Assembly: GCA_045576475.1 (NCBI GenBank)
Contig: JAZNGP010000006.1
Span: 1,115-65,114 of the forward strand
DNA length: 64,000 nucleotides
From: Bacillus sp. (in: firmicutes)
Lineage (GTDB): Bacteria > Bacillota > Bacilli > Bacillales > DSM-1321
Direction of reading: 5' to 3'
Below are positions 52,975-64,000 of the stretch, piece after piece. The notes below the pieces were generated by a model. The model was not told the origin of the DNA. It saw only the letters and a list, made by a program, of their open reading frames with translations, and made no database searches. A program made the translations under genes and the position numbers. Each line of letters begins with the position of its first letter. Position 1 is the first letter of the stretch.

Positions 52975-54741
52975 TCATATATGCTGATCTTGTTTCTTTT
53001 TCAGTTTCACTTTAAAGGAGGTCCCTTTCTGCAGTACGCTGTCCACTTCTAATTCTCCATGGTGGGCCTCCACCAGATGCTTCACGATGGCCAAGCCGAG
53101 TCCGGTTCCGCCAGAATTCCTGCTGCGGTCGCGGTTCACCCGGTAAAATCTTTCGAAAATACGCGGTATTTCTTCCTTGGCAATTCCAATTCCTGTATCC
53201 ACAATCTCCACCTGTACCCATTCGCCTTCTTCCGTCAGTTTGAGTTTCACTTCTCCGCCTGCCAACGTATAGTTGATTGCGTTATGGATCAGATTGATGA
53301 AGATTTGTTTCAGCCTGTAAGCATCCCCTTCCATCAGGACAATCACATCCGGCAGTTCCGCTTGTAAATCAATATTTTTATTGGCTGCTTTCTTCCTGAA
53401 CATTTGCTGTGTTTCAAGTAATAAAGCATTGAGGTCCACTTGCTCAAGCTGCAGTTTGAATTCCTGCTTTTCGATCTTGGAGAGTTCAAGTAGTTCCTGG
53501 ATCAATGTCTGCAGCCGGTCGCTTTCATTCAGAATGATCGTCAGGAAATTCCTTAATATTTTCTTATCTTGTAAATCACTGTCCAAGAGCGTTTCCGAGA
53601 AGCCTTTGATGGAAGTAATCGGTGTCCTCAATTCATGGGATACATTCGCGACGAAATCTTGCCTCATCAACTCAAGCTTCTTCAATTCAGTGATATCATG
53701 GAAGACAAGAACAATACCTCTCCATTCATCATTATGTCCGATGACGGGTGCGCCGTACACTTCGAATGTTTTTCGCTCAATCGTCATGGAGAGAAGCATT
53801 TGTTTCTTCACACTTTTCTCTTTCATGAATATATCTTCAATGAACAGATTCACTTCCTCAAAAGGAATGGCCTCATAATAAAGACGATGCAGGAAAGCAG
53901 ACTCCGATACATGAAAAAGCTGCTTATACGCCTTATTCACCAGTGTTATATAGCCTTTCCCATCAATCAGAAGCACACCGCTTCCGATATTCTCGATCAA
54001 TGTCGATAATCTGTCTGCTTCCATTTCCTTGGATGTTTCCATCTCCTGAAGATTCCTAGCCAGTATATTGATCGATGTACTCAAAAGCTTCGTTTCTCCG
54101 GATGGACTTACATAGGTGCGTGCTTTATAGTTTCCCTTCGCCAATTCGATTGCTGTGTTCGTGGCGGTATCGATCGGCTTTGTGAAACCTGCAGCGATTT
54201 TATCGGCAATCAAGCAGATGACGACAAGAATAATGAGGATTCCCACAATAAGAAGGAGCCAGTTATTGTCCGTCAGTTGAAACAGATTCTCCACTTGATC
54301 GGCGAGGACAATATATCCATCCAGTTCTTCGTCCGCACCGAAGACTGGAGCAGCGTAATACAAAACATCAAAGCCTCCCGGGATTTTCTCTTTCGAAGGC
54401 TGCTCCCCGCCTATGATAGTCTTGGCGTATTGAAGATGCCTCTCCTTCGACAGATGACTCGGCGGATCATTCGCATACAGCAGTTCCCGTTCTTCCGAAT
54501 AAACTGCGATACTCATATAAACCGAGTGCAGACCGGATGAAGCCTCTTTGAGCGATGCTTCCTGCTCCTCTTCATTTTCTAAATAAGAAATGACTGATTC
54601 CGCTTGCCTCTCCATATTTTCTTCGACTTTTCCATATGTGTAGGAATCGAATAACTGCATCAGGGTGAAGCCCATCAACATAATCGCCAAAGCAACCAAT
54701 GAAACAATTGCCAGGAGCAGCTTTGATCGAAACTTCATCAT
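52975..54741 (-). CDS. phoR: Sensor histidine kinase PhoR
   Basis: Two TM helices, HAMP, PAS, FVANVSHELRTP H-box, GGTGLGL G2 box; synteny. Confidence 0.94.
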   Translation of the reverse strand: MMKFRSKLLLAIVSLVALAIMLMGFTLMQLFDSYTYGKVEENMERQAESVISYLENEEEQEASLKEASSGLHSVYMSIAVYSEERELLYANDPPSHLSKERHLQYAKTIIGGEQPSKEKIPGGFDVLYYAAPVFGADEELDGYIVLADQVENLFQLTDNNWLLLIVGILIILVVICLIADKIAAGFTKPIDTATNTAIELAKGNYKARTYVSPSGETKLLSTSINILARNLQEMETSKEMEADRLSTLIENIGSGVLLIDGKGYITLVNKAYKQLFHVSESAFLHRLYYEAIPFEEVNLFIEDIFMKEKSVKKQMLLSMTIERKTFEVYGAPVIGHNDEWRGIVLVFHDITELKKLELMRQDFVANVSHELRTPITSIKGFSETLLDSDLQDKKILRNFLTIILNESDRLQTLIQELLELSKIEKQEFKLQLEQVDLNALLLETQQMFRKKAANKNIDLQAELPDVIVLMEGDAYRLKQIFINLIHNAINYTLAGGEVKLKLTEEGEWVQVEIVDTGIGIAKEEIPRIFERFYRVNRDRSRNSGGTGLGLAIVKHLVEAHHGELEVDSVLQKGTSFKVKLKKKQDQHI

Positions 54742-55454
54742 ACGTCTGCTGGCTCCTCTAATTTATATCCCAATCCTCGAATCGTTTTGATATAATTCGG
54801 CTTTCTCGTATCTTTTTCTATTTTCTCCCGCAAATGACTGATGTGCACATCCACAATCCTTGTATCCCCTGCAAAGTCATAATTCCATACCGAGCTCAGC
54901 AATTGATCTCTTGTATGCACACGTCCCTTATTCTTTGCCAAAAATAGTAACAATTCGAATTCCTTTGGGGTTAATTCAAGTTTATTGCCATTGAAATAAG
55001 TCTCATATTTCTCTGGGTGAATCGTCAAATCGTTGATTACGATTGATTCATCTTCCCTCTTCGTAATCTCTTGAAATGAGATCTGTGCAGTCGAACGTCT
55101 TAATATGGCCTTAATACGGGCAATCACTTCGCGCGGACTAAACGGTTTTGTCATATAGTCATCGGCTCCAAGCTCAAGGCCGAGAATCTTATCTAGTTCG
55201 TCATCCTTTGCCGTCAACATCAGGATCGGCACCTGAATCTGACGCTGCCTTAAATGTTTGCAGACTTCAATTCCATCCATCTTAGGAAGCATCAAATCCA
55301 GAACGATCATATCAGGTTCCAATTCTTCCGCTTTTTGAATGGCTTCTTCTCCGTCCATAGCTGTGTGGACCGTATATCCGGATTGTTCCAGATTATACTG
55401 AAGCAAGGTAAGAATGGAATGTTCATCATCTACAACCAATACTTTCTTTGACAT
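54738..55454 (-). CDS. phoP: Response regulator PhoP
   Basis: VVDDE, LDLMLP, GADDYMTKPF, OmpR winged helix; ATGA overlap with phoR. Confidence 0.95.
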   Translation of the reverse strand: MSKKVLVVDDEHSILTLLQYNLEQSGYTVHTAMDGEEAIQKAEELEPDMIVLDLMLPKMDGIEVCKHLRQRQIQVPILMLTAKDDELDKILGLELGADDYMTKPFSPREVIARIKAILRRSTAQISFQEITKREDESIVINDLTIHPEKYETYFNGNKLELTPKEFELLLFLAKNKGRVHTRDQLLSSVWNYDFAGDTRIVDVHISHLREKIEKDTRKPNYIKTIRGLGYKLEEPADV

Positions 55455-55675
55455 AAGTGCCTCCCGAAAATTATTTTTTCCCGCTCAATCAGTCTGTCTT
55501 ATGAAAACAACCCATTTGTCCAGATAAAAAACGGCTCCCCGGACTCAGGTTCGGACATCGTATGATTGATCGACAAAACGAGCAAAATGCATAAATTCAA
55601 AAAAAATCCGGAGATTACTCTCCGAATTTTCATCTGTACTTATTATAATTTTTTCGGCACAATAACACAATCGTA

Positions 55676-56608
55676 TTATGCCAATGCTTCCATGACTTTT
55701 CGGACAGAATCTGCAGATTTATTCAATTCCGCTTTCTCCTCCGCAGTCAGATCAAGTTCGATGATTCTCTCGATTCCGCCTGTGCCAAGGATTGTCGGAA
55801 CACCCAGATAAAGACCGTCCATCCCGTATTCGCCTTCCAGATATGCGACGGCAGGGAGGATTCTGCGTTGATCTTTCAGAATCGCTTCCGCCATTTCAAC
55901 AAGGGAAGCCGCAGGAGCATAATAGGCACTTCCGTTTCCGAGAAGATTGACTATTTCCGCTCCTCCGTTCCGAGTACGTTCCACAATGGCATTCAGCCGT
56001 TCTTTCGCAATAAGATTTTCTAAAGGAATTCCACCGGCATACGAATATCTGATCAATGGAACCATATCATCGCCATGTCCGCCAAGTACAAAGCCGGAGA
56101 CATCTTTAACCGATATATTCAGTTCTTCAGCAACGAATGTGCGGAAGCGGGCTGTATCCAGCACTCCGGATTGGCCGATGACACGGTTTTTAGGGAAGCC
56201 TGATTCTTTATAGACGGTATAAGTCATAGCATCAACAGGATTTGTAAGTACGACAATGATTGTATCTGGAGAATGCTTGACGATTTCCTTCGTCACGGAT
56301 TTCATGACTTTTTGGTTCGTCTGCACCAGATCATCACGGCTCATACCCGGTTTACGGGCAATACCGGCTGTGATGATCACAATGTCTGAATTCTTAGTGT
56401 CCCCGTAGTCGGACGTTCCTTTTACGGAAGCGTCGAATCCTTGGACCGGACTAGCTTCAAGCATATCAAGCGCTTTCCCCTTTGTAGGATTCTCCATCTG
56501 GGGAATATCGACGAGCACCACATCGCATAACTCTTTTTGAGCCAATAGAAATGCTGTCGTTGCACCAGTGAATCCTCCGCCAATTACAGATACTTTTTTG
56601 CGTCCCAT
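55676..56608 (-). CDS. mdh: Malate dehydrogenase (LDH-like)
   Basis: [21 protein letters not shown] and LGGHGD motifs. Confidence 0.97.
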   Translation of the reverse strand: MGRKKVSVIGGGFTGATTAFLLAQKELCDVVLVDIPQMENPTKGKALDMLEASPVQGFDASVKGTSDYGDTKNSDIVIITAGIARKPGMSRDDLVQTNQKVMKSVTKEIVKHSPDTIIVVLTNPVDAMTYTVYKESGFPKNRVIGQSGVLDTARFRTFVAEELNISVKDVSGFVLGGHGDDMVPLIRYSYAGGIPLENLIAKERLNAIVERTRNGGAEIVNLLGNGSAYYAPAASLVEMAEAILKDQRRILPAVAYLEGEYGMDGLYLGVPTILGTGGIERIIELDLTAEEKAELNKSADSVRKVMEALA

Positions 56609-56641
56609 ATATTCCTTGCCTCCCTAATTTCCAAAAAAACA

Positions 56642-57913
56642 TTATTTAAGGTTCTTGATCAACTCATCGGCAAATTCAGAACATTTCACTTCCGTAGCTC
56701 CATCCATCAGACGAGCGAAATCGTAAGTGACCACTTTAGAGGCGATTGTCTCTTCAACGGAAGCAATGATCATTTTGGCAGCTTCGTTCCAGCCTAAATG
56801 CTCAAGCATCAATACACCGGATAGAAGGACAGAAGATGGATTCACTTTATCTAGTCCTGCATATTTCGGAGCAGTTCCGTGTGTCGCTTCGAAAATGGCA
56901 TGTCCAGTCTCATAGTTGATGTTCGCTCCAGGAGCGATTCCGATACCGCCTACTTGCGCAGCAAGTGCATCAGAGATATAGTCGCCGTTCAAGTTCATAG
57001 TAGCCACTACATCAAACTCTTTTGGACGTGTAAGGATCTGTTGAAGGAAGATGTCCGCAATGGAATCCTTAACGATGATCTTGCCTTCCGCTTCCGCATC
57101 ACTTTGAGCTTTATTTGCCGCATCAGTTCCTTGTTCTTCTTTAATTCTATCATATTGTGCCCATGTGAAAACTTTATCGCCGAATTCTTTCTCGGCAAGT
57201 TCATAGCCCCAGTTTTTGAAGGCACCTTCAGTGAATTTCATGATGTTTCCTTTATGGACAAGCGTCAATGACTTACGGCCTTCTTTAATCGCATAATTCA
57301 GTGCAGCACGCACTAGACGTTCTGTACCTTCTTTAGAAACCGGCTTAATACCGAGGCCTGATGTCTCAGGGAAACGGATTTTGTCGACACCCATTTCATT
57401 TTGCAGGAAGTTCAATAGTTTCTGAGCTGCTTCGCTGCCTGATTCATATTCGATTCCCGCATAGATATCTTCTGTGTTCTCGCGGAAGATGACCATATCA
57501 GTGTCTTCAGGACGTTTTACAGGAGATGGAACTCCTTCGAAATAACGGACCGGACGAAGACAAACGAACAGATCCAATACTTGTCTAAGCGCAACGTTCA
57601 ATGAACGGATTCCGCCTCCGACAGGAGTAGTAAGCGGTCCTTTGATAGCGATGAAATATTCATTGATAGCATCCAGCGTTTCCTGTGGAAGCCATTCACC
57701 AGTTTGCTTGAAGGCTTTTTCCCCTGCCAATACTTCTTTCCATTCAATCTTTTTTTCGCCTTTATAGGCTTGTTCTACTGCCGCATCCAAAACCCGGACA
57801 GCCGCAGCCCAGATATCCGGACCGATTCCGTCTCCTTCGATAAATGGAATGATTGGATTGTTAGGCACTTGAAGTACCCCGTTGCTTACTGTGATTTTTT
57901 CTCCCTGACTCAT
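56642..57913 (-). CDS. icd: NADP-isocitrate dehydrogenase
   Basis: [33 protein letters not shown] and EATHGTAP motifs. Confidence 0.98.
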   Translation of the reverse strand: MSQGEKITVSNGVLQVPNNPIIPFIEGDGIGPDIWAAAVRVLDAAVEQAYKGEKKIEWKEVLAGEKAFKQTGEWLPQETLDAINEYFIAIKGPLTTPVGGGIRSLNVALRQVLDLFVCLRPVRYFEGVPSPVKRPEDTDMVIFRENTEDIYAGIEYESGSEAAQKLLNFLQNEMGVDKIRFPETSGLGIKPVSKEGTERLVRAALNYAIKEGRKSLTLVHKGNIMKFTEGAFKNWGYELAEKEFGDKVFTWAQYDRIKEEQGTDAANKAQSDAEAEGKIIVKDSIADIFLQQILTRPKEFDVVATMNLNGDYISDALAAQVGGIGIAPGANINYETGHAIFEATHGTAPKYAGLDKVNPSSVLLSGVLMLEHLGWNEAAKMIIASVEETIASKVVTYDFARLMDGATEVKCSEFADELIKNLK

Positions 57914-58033
57914 ACTATTCCCTCCAAATTCATAATCAAAGGTTAGTAAACTGGCGTTTTGCAGCCAGCCTCTAACCTTTTTCTATAGATATAAATATAC
58001 TACATTTTAACACTTTTTAGAAAATAAATACTA

Positions 58034-59149
58034 TTATCTTTCTTCCACAGGTACATAAGACTGTAATCCTGGACCAGTATATTCAGCACGCGGTCTCATG
58101 ATACGGTTGTCATCATACTGTTCAAGAATATGCGCCAGCCAACCGGAAGTACGGCTGACAGCAAAGATTGGCGTCATGAGATCATGATCCACCCCAAGGC
58201 TGTGGTATACGGAAGCAGAATAAAAATCGACATTCGCCGGCAGCGGCTTCCTTGATGTCACAACTTCCTCAATTTTGACGGACATTTCATAGAAATGCGG
58301 CTGCCCGGTCAATTCAGTCAGTTTCTTGGACATGACCTTCAGATGTTTCGCCCTCGGGTCACCATTGCGGTACACACGATGCCCAAAGCCCATGATTTTC
58401 TCTTTGTTGTCCATCTTTTCATTGATATACGCTTCCACGTTATCCACAGAGCCGATCTCCGTAAGCATCTTCATGACTGCTTCGTTCGCTCCGCCATGCA
58501 AAGGACCTTTCAATGCCCCAATGGCGGATGTAATACCCGAATATACATCCGATAATGTCGCAACACACACACGTGCAGTGAATGTGGATGCATTCAATTC
58601 ATGGTCGGCGTGAAGGACAAGTGCTTTATTGAAGGCTTCTACTTCGATTTCGGTAGGTTCCTTATCATTGAGCATATAGAGGAAGTTTGCAGCGAATCCA
58701 AGGTCTTTCCTTGGGGCAACTGGCTGTAAGCCTTTTCTTATACGCGAAAACGCTGTAACGACAGCAGGGATCTTAGCTTGGATCCGGATTGCTTTTTGAT
58801 AATTTGAAGTCTCATCCATCAATTCCGCTTCCGGATCATACAGACCAAGAAGAGAAATTGCGGCACGCAATGCTGCCATTGGATGGACTGATTTGATGTC
58901 ATACATATTGAAGTGCTCGATTATTTCCTTCGGAAGCTCCATATTGCTTGCCAATTGTACGGAGAGGTCCTCTAGTTCCGCTTGGTTTGGCAGTCTGCGG
59001 TGCCAAAGTAAATAGACCACTTCTTCAAATGTAGCGTTATCGGCTAAATCATCGATATTAAAACCAGCATAGGTTAATGTGTCATCAATTATTGAACTGA
59101 TGGATGAAGTTGTGGCAACAATTCCTTCTAACCCTTTTGTTACTGTCAT
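58034..59149 (-). CDS. citZ: Citrate synthase II
   Basis: HADHELNAST, GPLHGGANE, GFGHRVY and NVDFYS motifs. Confidence 0.98.
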   Translation of the reverse strand: MTVTKGLEGIVATTSSISSIIDDTLTYAGFNIDDLADNATFEEVVYLLWHRRLPNQAELEDLSVQLASNMELPKEIIEHFNMYDIKSVHPMAALRAAISLLGLYDPEAELMDETSNYQKAIRIQAKIPAVVTAFSRIRKGLQPVAPRKDLGFAANFLYMLNDKEPTEIEVEAFNKALVLHADHELNASTFTARVCVATLSDVYSGITSAIGALKGPLHGGANEAVMKMLTEIGSVDNVEAYINEKMDNKEKIMGFGHRVYRNGDPRAKHLKVMSKKLTELTGQPHFYEMSVKIEEVVTSRKPLPANVDFYSASVYHSLGVDHDLMTPIFAVSRTSGWLAHILEQYDDNRIMRPRAEYTGPGLQSYVPVEER

Positions 59150-59487
59150 AAAAGATCTCCCCTTTTCTGTTATTCCCCGTCATTCCTATGAATTTATAAA
59201 ACGCCTCATTCTATACCCCATTACAGGACAAAAAATGTGAAAGCGAATCACACTGATTACCTCCCGTACAATCACAGCGGCATTCCGGGATGAGATGCCC
59301 GGCAAAGCCTAAAAGTTCACCGAATTGTAAACAAGAAAAAATTTTCAAAAAATATTAGTTAAAAAGTCCCCTCAAGAACCTTCTTCATTTCTTTGAAATT
59401 TAGTAAAGCCTGCAAGACAAATAAAGGATTATGTACATCTGTCCATGATTCTAGGGAAATCAGCGAGACTTTAACAGAGTAATCCCA

Positions 59488-59586
59488 AGATTACGCTTTC
59501 ACGTCCTATTATAAACAAAAAGTAATTTTTTGAGAAACAATAACACTTTCATTTAAAAATTCCCATAGCGAATGAAAGGGTTTTCA
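59488..59586 (-). promoter_or_regulatory. citZ promoter region with cre-like (CcpA) sites
   Basis: -10 TATAAT near 59508-13; TGAAAGCGTAATCT (59488-59501) just downstream and TGAAAGGGTTTTCA (59573-86) upstream, each one mismatch-type departure from cre. Confidence 0.55.
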
Positions 59587-59717
59587 TGAGGATGAGCTGT
59601 TAAGCTGCAGCATCCCGCCAACATTATACTATATTTTAAGAAATATCCAAAAGAAAAAGAAAGAGGAACCCCATCATAGATTGGATTCCTAAGATAAAAC
59701 TTCGCTGGATGACCTCA

Positions 59718-60176
59718 TTATGGCATTTGGCCGAATACCTTCATTGCGATATACGCGATTCCTGCGCCTATTAAAGGTCCGACAGCAACTCCCTTAAACA
59801 AGGCCACTGCAATTATTGTACCGAACACAAGCGCCACGGTGATATGCGGGTCGTTTTCAAGTAATGTCAAACCATTCTTCGCAATCAGTGCAACGAGCAC
59901 GCCGGAAAAGAGTGCGATCCATGCGTATGGTGATTTCAATGCGTTCCCGAGATCTTTAAGACCCATATCGCCTGTCGCGATCGGCACAAGCACAGCGATG
60001 GTGATGATCGTCACCCCAAGATTGATCCCTTTTCCCTGCAGGTATGGGAATATTTTGCCGTCCAGTCCGATGATCTTCACGACAATCAGAAAGGCAACAG
60101 CGAGGATGAGCGAGTTATTTTTTGCGATAAAGGCAATGATGAGTAACAATGCCAGAAATAGATACGGTGATGACAT
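59718..60176 (-). CDS. ytwI: DUF441 membrane protein
   Basis: G+TIITIAVLVPIATG and GVAVGPLIGAG motifs; synteny. Confidence 0.9.
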   Translation of the reverse strand: MSSPYLFLALLLIIAFIAKNNSLILAVAFLIVVKIIGLDGKIFPYLQGKGINLGVTIITIAVLVPIATGDMGLKDLGNALKSPYAWIALFSGVLVALIAKNGLTLLENDPHITVALVFGTIIAVALFKGVAVGPLIGAGIAYIAMKVFGQMP

Positions 60177-60290
60177 TCCGCTTATTCTCTCCTTTTCTTT
60201 ATGAATCTATTTTTTTAGGCATTTCACCCTTTTTTGATTAATAGAATCTATAAATGAAGCTATCATAATCTGAACCGGGGGGATGCTGTT

Positions 60291-61400
60291 CTGAATCCGA
60301 TCATCTTTAACAGAGCTATAAGGGGGCTCTTCACAGTCTTTCTTATCTTTTTACTGATCTTCTTCATTTATTATACAGTAAAATTCACTTACCCATTCAT
60401 CATCGGGCTGCTAGTGGCCCTTATCATCCATCCTTCCGTAACTTTCCTGCATAATCGGGCACGATTTCCGAAAGCGGCGGCAACAGCTGTTTCACTTTTG
60501 CTTCTGATTTGCGGATTAACAGGCCTTTTTGCCTTATTCGTCATAGAAATCGTTTCTGGTGCCAGCCACATCAGCGGAAACATTCCCGGTTATATGGATC
60601 GAATAACAGCCTTGAGCGAGAATATGATCAAATCCTCTCTATTGCCGATGTACGATACCTTTTCTTCTTTCTTCCGAAATCTGTCAGCCGAAGAGCAAAA
60701 AGCAATCATCGACAATATCCAGAACGGAAGCAAAACGATGGCTGAAGCAGCCGGAAACTTTGCCCAGCAGCTTTTTCAAAAGATACCCGCTGTCATCGGC
60801 TGGTTTCCGAATGCTTTTTCTGTTTTGATTTTCTCAACGCTTGCGGCATTCTTCATCAGCATTGAACTGGAAAGATTGAAACGGTTCTCTACCAATATTG
60901 TGCCTTTCAAAATCCGTAAAAGTTTTCATTCTGTACTGGCTGATTTGAAAAAAGCCCTTTTCGGTTTCTTGAAAGCACAGTTTCTGCTGGTATCCATCAC
61001 AACAATTATCGTATTGAGCGGCTTATTGATTCTCCGTGTGGAATACAGCATTACCATTGCGGTTCTGGTCGGTATCGTCGATATACTTCCTTATATTGGA
61101 AGCGGACTCATTTTCATTCCTTGGCTTCTGTACGAGATATTGAATGGGAATCCGGCTTTGGCGACAGGTCTCGGAGTCCTCTATTTCATTGTCATTGTCC
61201 AACGGCAGATCATGGAACCGAAAGTGCTGTCTTCCAGTATAGGCCTCCATCCTTTGGCGACACTCGCAGCATTATTCGTCGGCTATAAATGGATGGGATT
61301 TGCAGGTCTGATCGCTGGTCCTGTCCTCCTCGTCATCATACAAACTCTATATAAGAATAATGTTTTTCACGATATCTGGAACTATATTAAAGGAAGCTAA
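60291..61400 (+). CDS. ytvI: Sporulation membrane protein YtvI (AI-2E family); probable CTG start
   Basis: DILPYIGSG..IPW and RQIMEPKVLSSSIGLHPL motifs; frame open 41 codons upstream of the track start to CTG-AAT-CCG behind GGGGGG. Confidence 0.88.
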   Translation: MNPIIFNRAIRGLFTVFLIFLLIFFIYYTVKFTYPFIIGLLVALIIHPSVTFLHNRARFPKAAATAVSLLLLICGLTGLFALFVIEIVSGASHISGNIPGYMDRITALSENMIKSSLLPMYDTFSSFFRNLSAEEQKAIIDNIQNGSKTMAEAAGNFAQQLFQKIPAVIGWFPNAFSVLIFSTLAAFFISIELERLKRFSTNIVPFKIRKSFHSVLADLKKALFGFLKAQFLLVSITTIIVLSGLLILRVEYSITIAVLVGIVDILPYIGSGLIFIPWLLYEILNGNPALATGLGVLYFIVIVQRQIMEPKVLSSSIGLHPLATLAALFVGYKWMGFAGLIAGPVLLVIIQTLYKNNVFHDIWNYIKGS

Positions 61401-61443
61401 TGCTCTTTTAACCACAAACAAAAAAGCTGCACGCTGCAGCTTT

Positions 61444-61833
61444 TTATTGTTGGATGATAGTAATCGTATTCCGGCTTACCTTTTTATACAGCATTTTTTT
61501 CAGAGGTTTTTTCAGGATTTTTCTTGTTGGAGGAAGAAGCAGCGCAAGTCCCAGAAGATCCGTAATGAAACCTGGCAGAAGAAGCAGCAGACCTCCCAAG
61601 AGGATGCATAAACCGTCCAAGTATTCTTCATTCGGCATATACCCTTGACTTAAGCTGTGCTTCACTCTCTCCAATGTCTTAAGCCCTTGGTGCTTAGCTA
61701 AATACGCTCCTCCGACACCGGTTGCTATAATCATAAGGACAGTATTGAATGTACCGAATGTTACACCTGACCATATGAGTAAACCCAGTTCACAAGCAGG
61801 GGCGATCACAAATAAAAGTAAAAAAGCTCTCAA
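61444..61833 (-). CDS. fxsA: FxsA family membrane protein
   Basis: GGAYLAKHQG and GGLLLLLPGFITDLLG motifs. Confidence 0.9.
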   Translation of the reverse strand: MRAFLLLFVIAPACELGLLIWSGVTFGTFNTVLMIIATGVGGAYLAKHQGLKTLERVKHSLSQGYMPNEEYLDGLCILLGGLLLLLPGFITDLLGLALLLPPTRKILKKPLKKMLYKKVSRNTITIIQQ

Positions 61834-61914
61834 GTCTACACCTCCAAAATGAGTTACTCTTTCTTATATTATACACCTTTCTGAACCGAATACAGCAGCG
61901 GACCCCAAAATGGA

Positions 61915-61940
61915 AAAAGGAGGCACTAGGCCTCCTTTTT
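61915..61940 (-). terminator. Terminator of pfkA-pyk
   Basis: AAAAGGAGGC-actag-GCCTCCTTTT. Confidence 0.85.
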
Positions 61941-61953
61941 GAATGATACAAAC

Positions 61954-63714
61954 TTATAGTACGCTTGATGCACCGTCGTTGATAATTCCGCGTTGCGCAT
62001 CGATTGAAACTTCTTGTCCGTCTTTCAGAAGTTCCATCGCTTCGTCCGCTCCCACAATCACAGGAATACCAAGGTTGACACCCACAACAGCAGCGTGGCT
62101 TGTCAATCCTCCTTCAACTGTAACCAATGCCGCGCATTTCTCAATAGCAGGCATCATTTCTTTATCGGAACCGATTGTCACCAAGATGGATCCTTCTTCC
62201 ACTTTTGCGTTGGCTTCAGCCGCATCTTTGGCGATAACTACTTTACCCGTAGCTTTCTTTCTTCCGATCCCTTGTCCTTTAAGGATTGTGTTTCCAAGAA
62301 CATGAATTTTCATCATGTTTGTTGTACCTACTTCAGCAACTGGTACACCAGCTGTGATCACAACAAGATCGCCGTATGAAACGACACCTGAGTTAACGCT
62401 TTGTTGAACAGCATTCTCTAGCATTTCATCCGTAGAGTTTGTTTTTGGTCCTACCATCGGTTTCACGCCCCAAACTAAAGCAAGACGACGAGCCACGGTG
62501 TCATGTGAAGTGATTGCCACGATTGGCGCTTTTGGACGGTATTTAGAGATCATACGAGCTGTATGGCCGCTTTCAGTCGGTGTAATGATTGCATTGGCAC
62601 CTAGGTTCAATGTAGTGTGCGCTACAGATTGACCGATTGCATCTGTAATGTTGTGGTCACTGTCTTTGCTGCGCTTAGAAAGCAATTCTTTATGGTTCAA
62701 TGCTGATTCCGTACGGGAAGCGATATTGTGCATTGTTTGAACAGCTTCAACCGGATAAAGACCTGCAGCTGTTTCACCGGATAGCATGATTGCATCTGTT
62801 CCATCGAAGATCGCATTCGCTACGTCGGAAGCTTCCGCACGAGTAGGTCTTGGGTTGCGCTGCATACTGTCAAGCATTTGAGTAGCTGTGATAACAGGCT
62901 TTCCAAGTGCATTACATTTCTTGATCAATTGTTTTTGTACAAGAGGTACCTCTTCCGCCGGGATCTCTACACCAAGATCTCCACGCGCAACCATCAAGCC
63001 TTCAGAAACCTCAAGGATCTCATCAATATTATCGACACCTTCTTGGTTTTCGATTTTAGGGATGATGTTGATATGTTTTCCATTGTTGCTGTCAAGCAAT
63101 TCACGGATTTCAAGTACATCAGATGCACGGCGAACGAAAGAAGCAGCTACAAAGTCAACATTTTGCTCGATACCGAACAGGATATCTTGTCTGTCTTTCT
63201 CAGTGATTCCCGGAAGGTTCACAGATACGCCAGGTACGTTTACACCTTTTTTGTTTTTAAGTGTTCCATCATTGAGGACCACTGTGTGGATTTCTCCGTT
63301 TTCTTTATCGATTTTTGTTACTTCAAGACCTACCAAGCCGTCATCCAAAAGGATTCTGGAACCGACTGTCACGTCGTGGATCAAATCGGAGTATGTGATG
63401 GAGAATTTCTCTTTTGTTCCCAATACTTCTGTTGTGGAAATGATGATATTTGAACCTGTAGTTAGCTCAACCGCACCGTTTTCCATATCATTCGTACGAA
63501 TTTCCGGTCCTTTTGTGTCAAGAAGGATCGCAACCTGCTTACCTGTTTTTTCACAAGCTTCACGGATTGTTTTGATGCGTGCCGCATGCTCTTCATGGCT
63601 TCCGTGTGAGAAGTTAAGACGGCAGACGTTCATTCCTGCTTCCATCAGGCTGCAGAGTTTTTCTAAAGATTCACTTGCTGGTCCAATCGTACATACAATT
63701 TTCGTTTTTCGCAT
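61954..63714 (-). CDS. pyk: Pyruvate kinase with C-terminal PEP-utiliser domain
   Basis: [24 protein letters not shown] and [10 protein letters not shown] motifs; extra GGLTSHAAV domain typical of Bacillus. Confidence 0.99.
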   Translation of the reverse strand: MRKTKIVCTIGPASESLEKLCSLMEAGMNVCRLNFSHGSHEEHAARIKTIREACEKTGKQVAILLDTKGPEIRTNDMENGAVELTTGSNIIISTTEVLGTKEKFSITYSDLIHDVTVGSRILLDDGLVGLEVTKIDKENGEIHTVVLNDGTLKNKKGVNVPGVSVNLPGITEKDRQDILFGIEQNVDFVAASFVRRASDVLEIRELLDSNNGKHINIIPKIENQEGVDNIDEILEVSEGLMVARGDLGVEIPAEEVPLVQKQLIKKCNALGKPVITATQMLDSMQRNPRPTRAEASDVANAIFDGTDAIMLSGETAAGLYPVEAVQTMHNIASRTESALNHKELLSKRSKDSDHNITDAIGQSVAHTTLNLGANAIITPTESGHTARMISKYRPKAPIVAITSHDTVARRLALVWGVKPMVGPKTNSTDEMLENAVQQSVNSGVVSYGDLVVITAGVPVAEVGTTNMMKIHVLGNTILKGQGIGRKKATGKVVIAKDAAEANAKVEEGSILVTIGSDKEMMPAIEKCAALVTVEGGLTSHAAVVGVNLGIPVIVGADEAMELLKDGQEVSIDAQRGIINDGASSVL

Positions 63715-63779
63715 TTGGCTATATAGCCTCCTTTGATTGTTTTTGATTTAAGATGCTTGGCTTCACAGCTTTACATGCA

Positions 63780-64000
<221 letters not shown>

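Noticed and set aside
58439-58448. DnaA-box TTATCCACA
   Set aside because: A single copy inside the citZ coding sequence; expected by chance
62888-63736. 282-aa plus-strand ORF
   Set aside because: Antisense shadow of the highly biased pyk gene; S/T/I-rich mirror composition

Overview
This is core chromosome of a spore-forming Bacillaceae species. It matches the conserved B. subtilis-type block pfkA-pyk...citZ-icd-mdh-phoPR-polA...gapB-speD-nrdR-dnaBI-thrS-infC...pheST...zapA-polX-mutS2-lcfA-fadR-fadB-etfBA-trxA-uvrC...sdhCAB...gerE-racE-gerM-rph-rdgB-ysnB-tRNA-Arg, almost entirely on the minus strand. I found no integrase, transposase, prophage or CRISPR array. Accessory content is small: (i) hutP-hutH plus a lipoprotein gene sitting between two near-identical tRNA-Arg genes that differ in anticodon (UCU vs CCU), (ii) a secreted gamma-glutamyltransferase, (iii) a dimeric-type dUTPase, and (iv) copies of a GC-rich palindromic intergenic repeat. 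The best leads are regulatory or small: the anticodon-shifted tRNA duplicate, a structured speD leader with an anti-Shine-Dalgarno switch, a perfect FadR operator at the ysmA thioesterase, a probable CUG start for ytvI, and three small ORFs missing from the ORF track. All calls come from reading the sequence and recalled family knowledge; no searches or folding programs were run.
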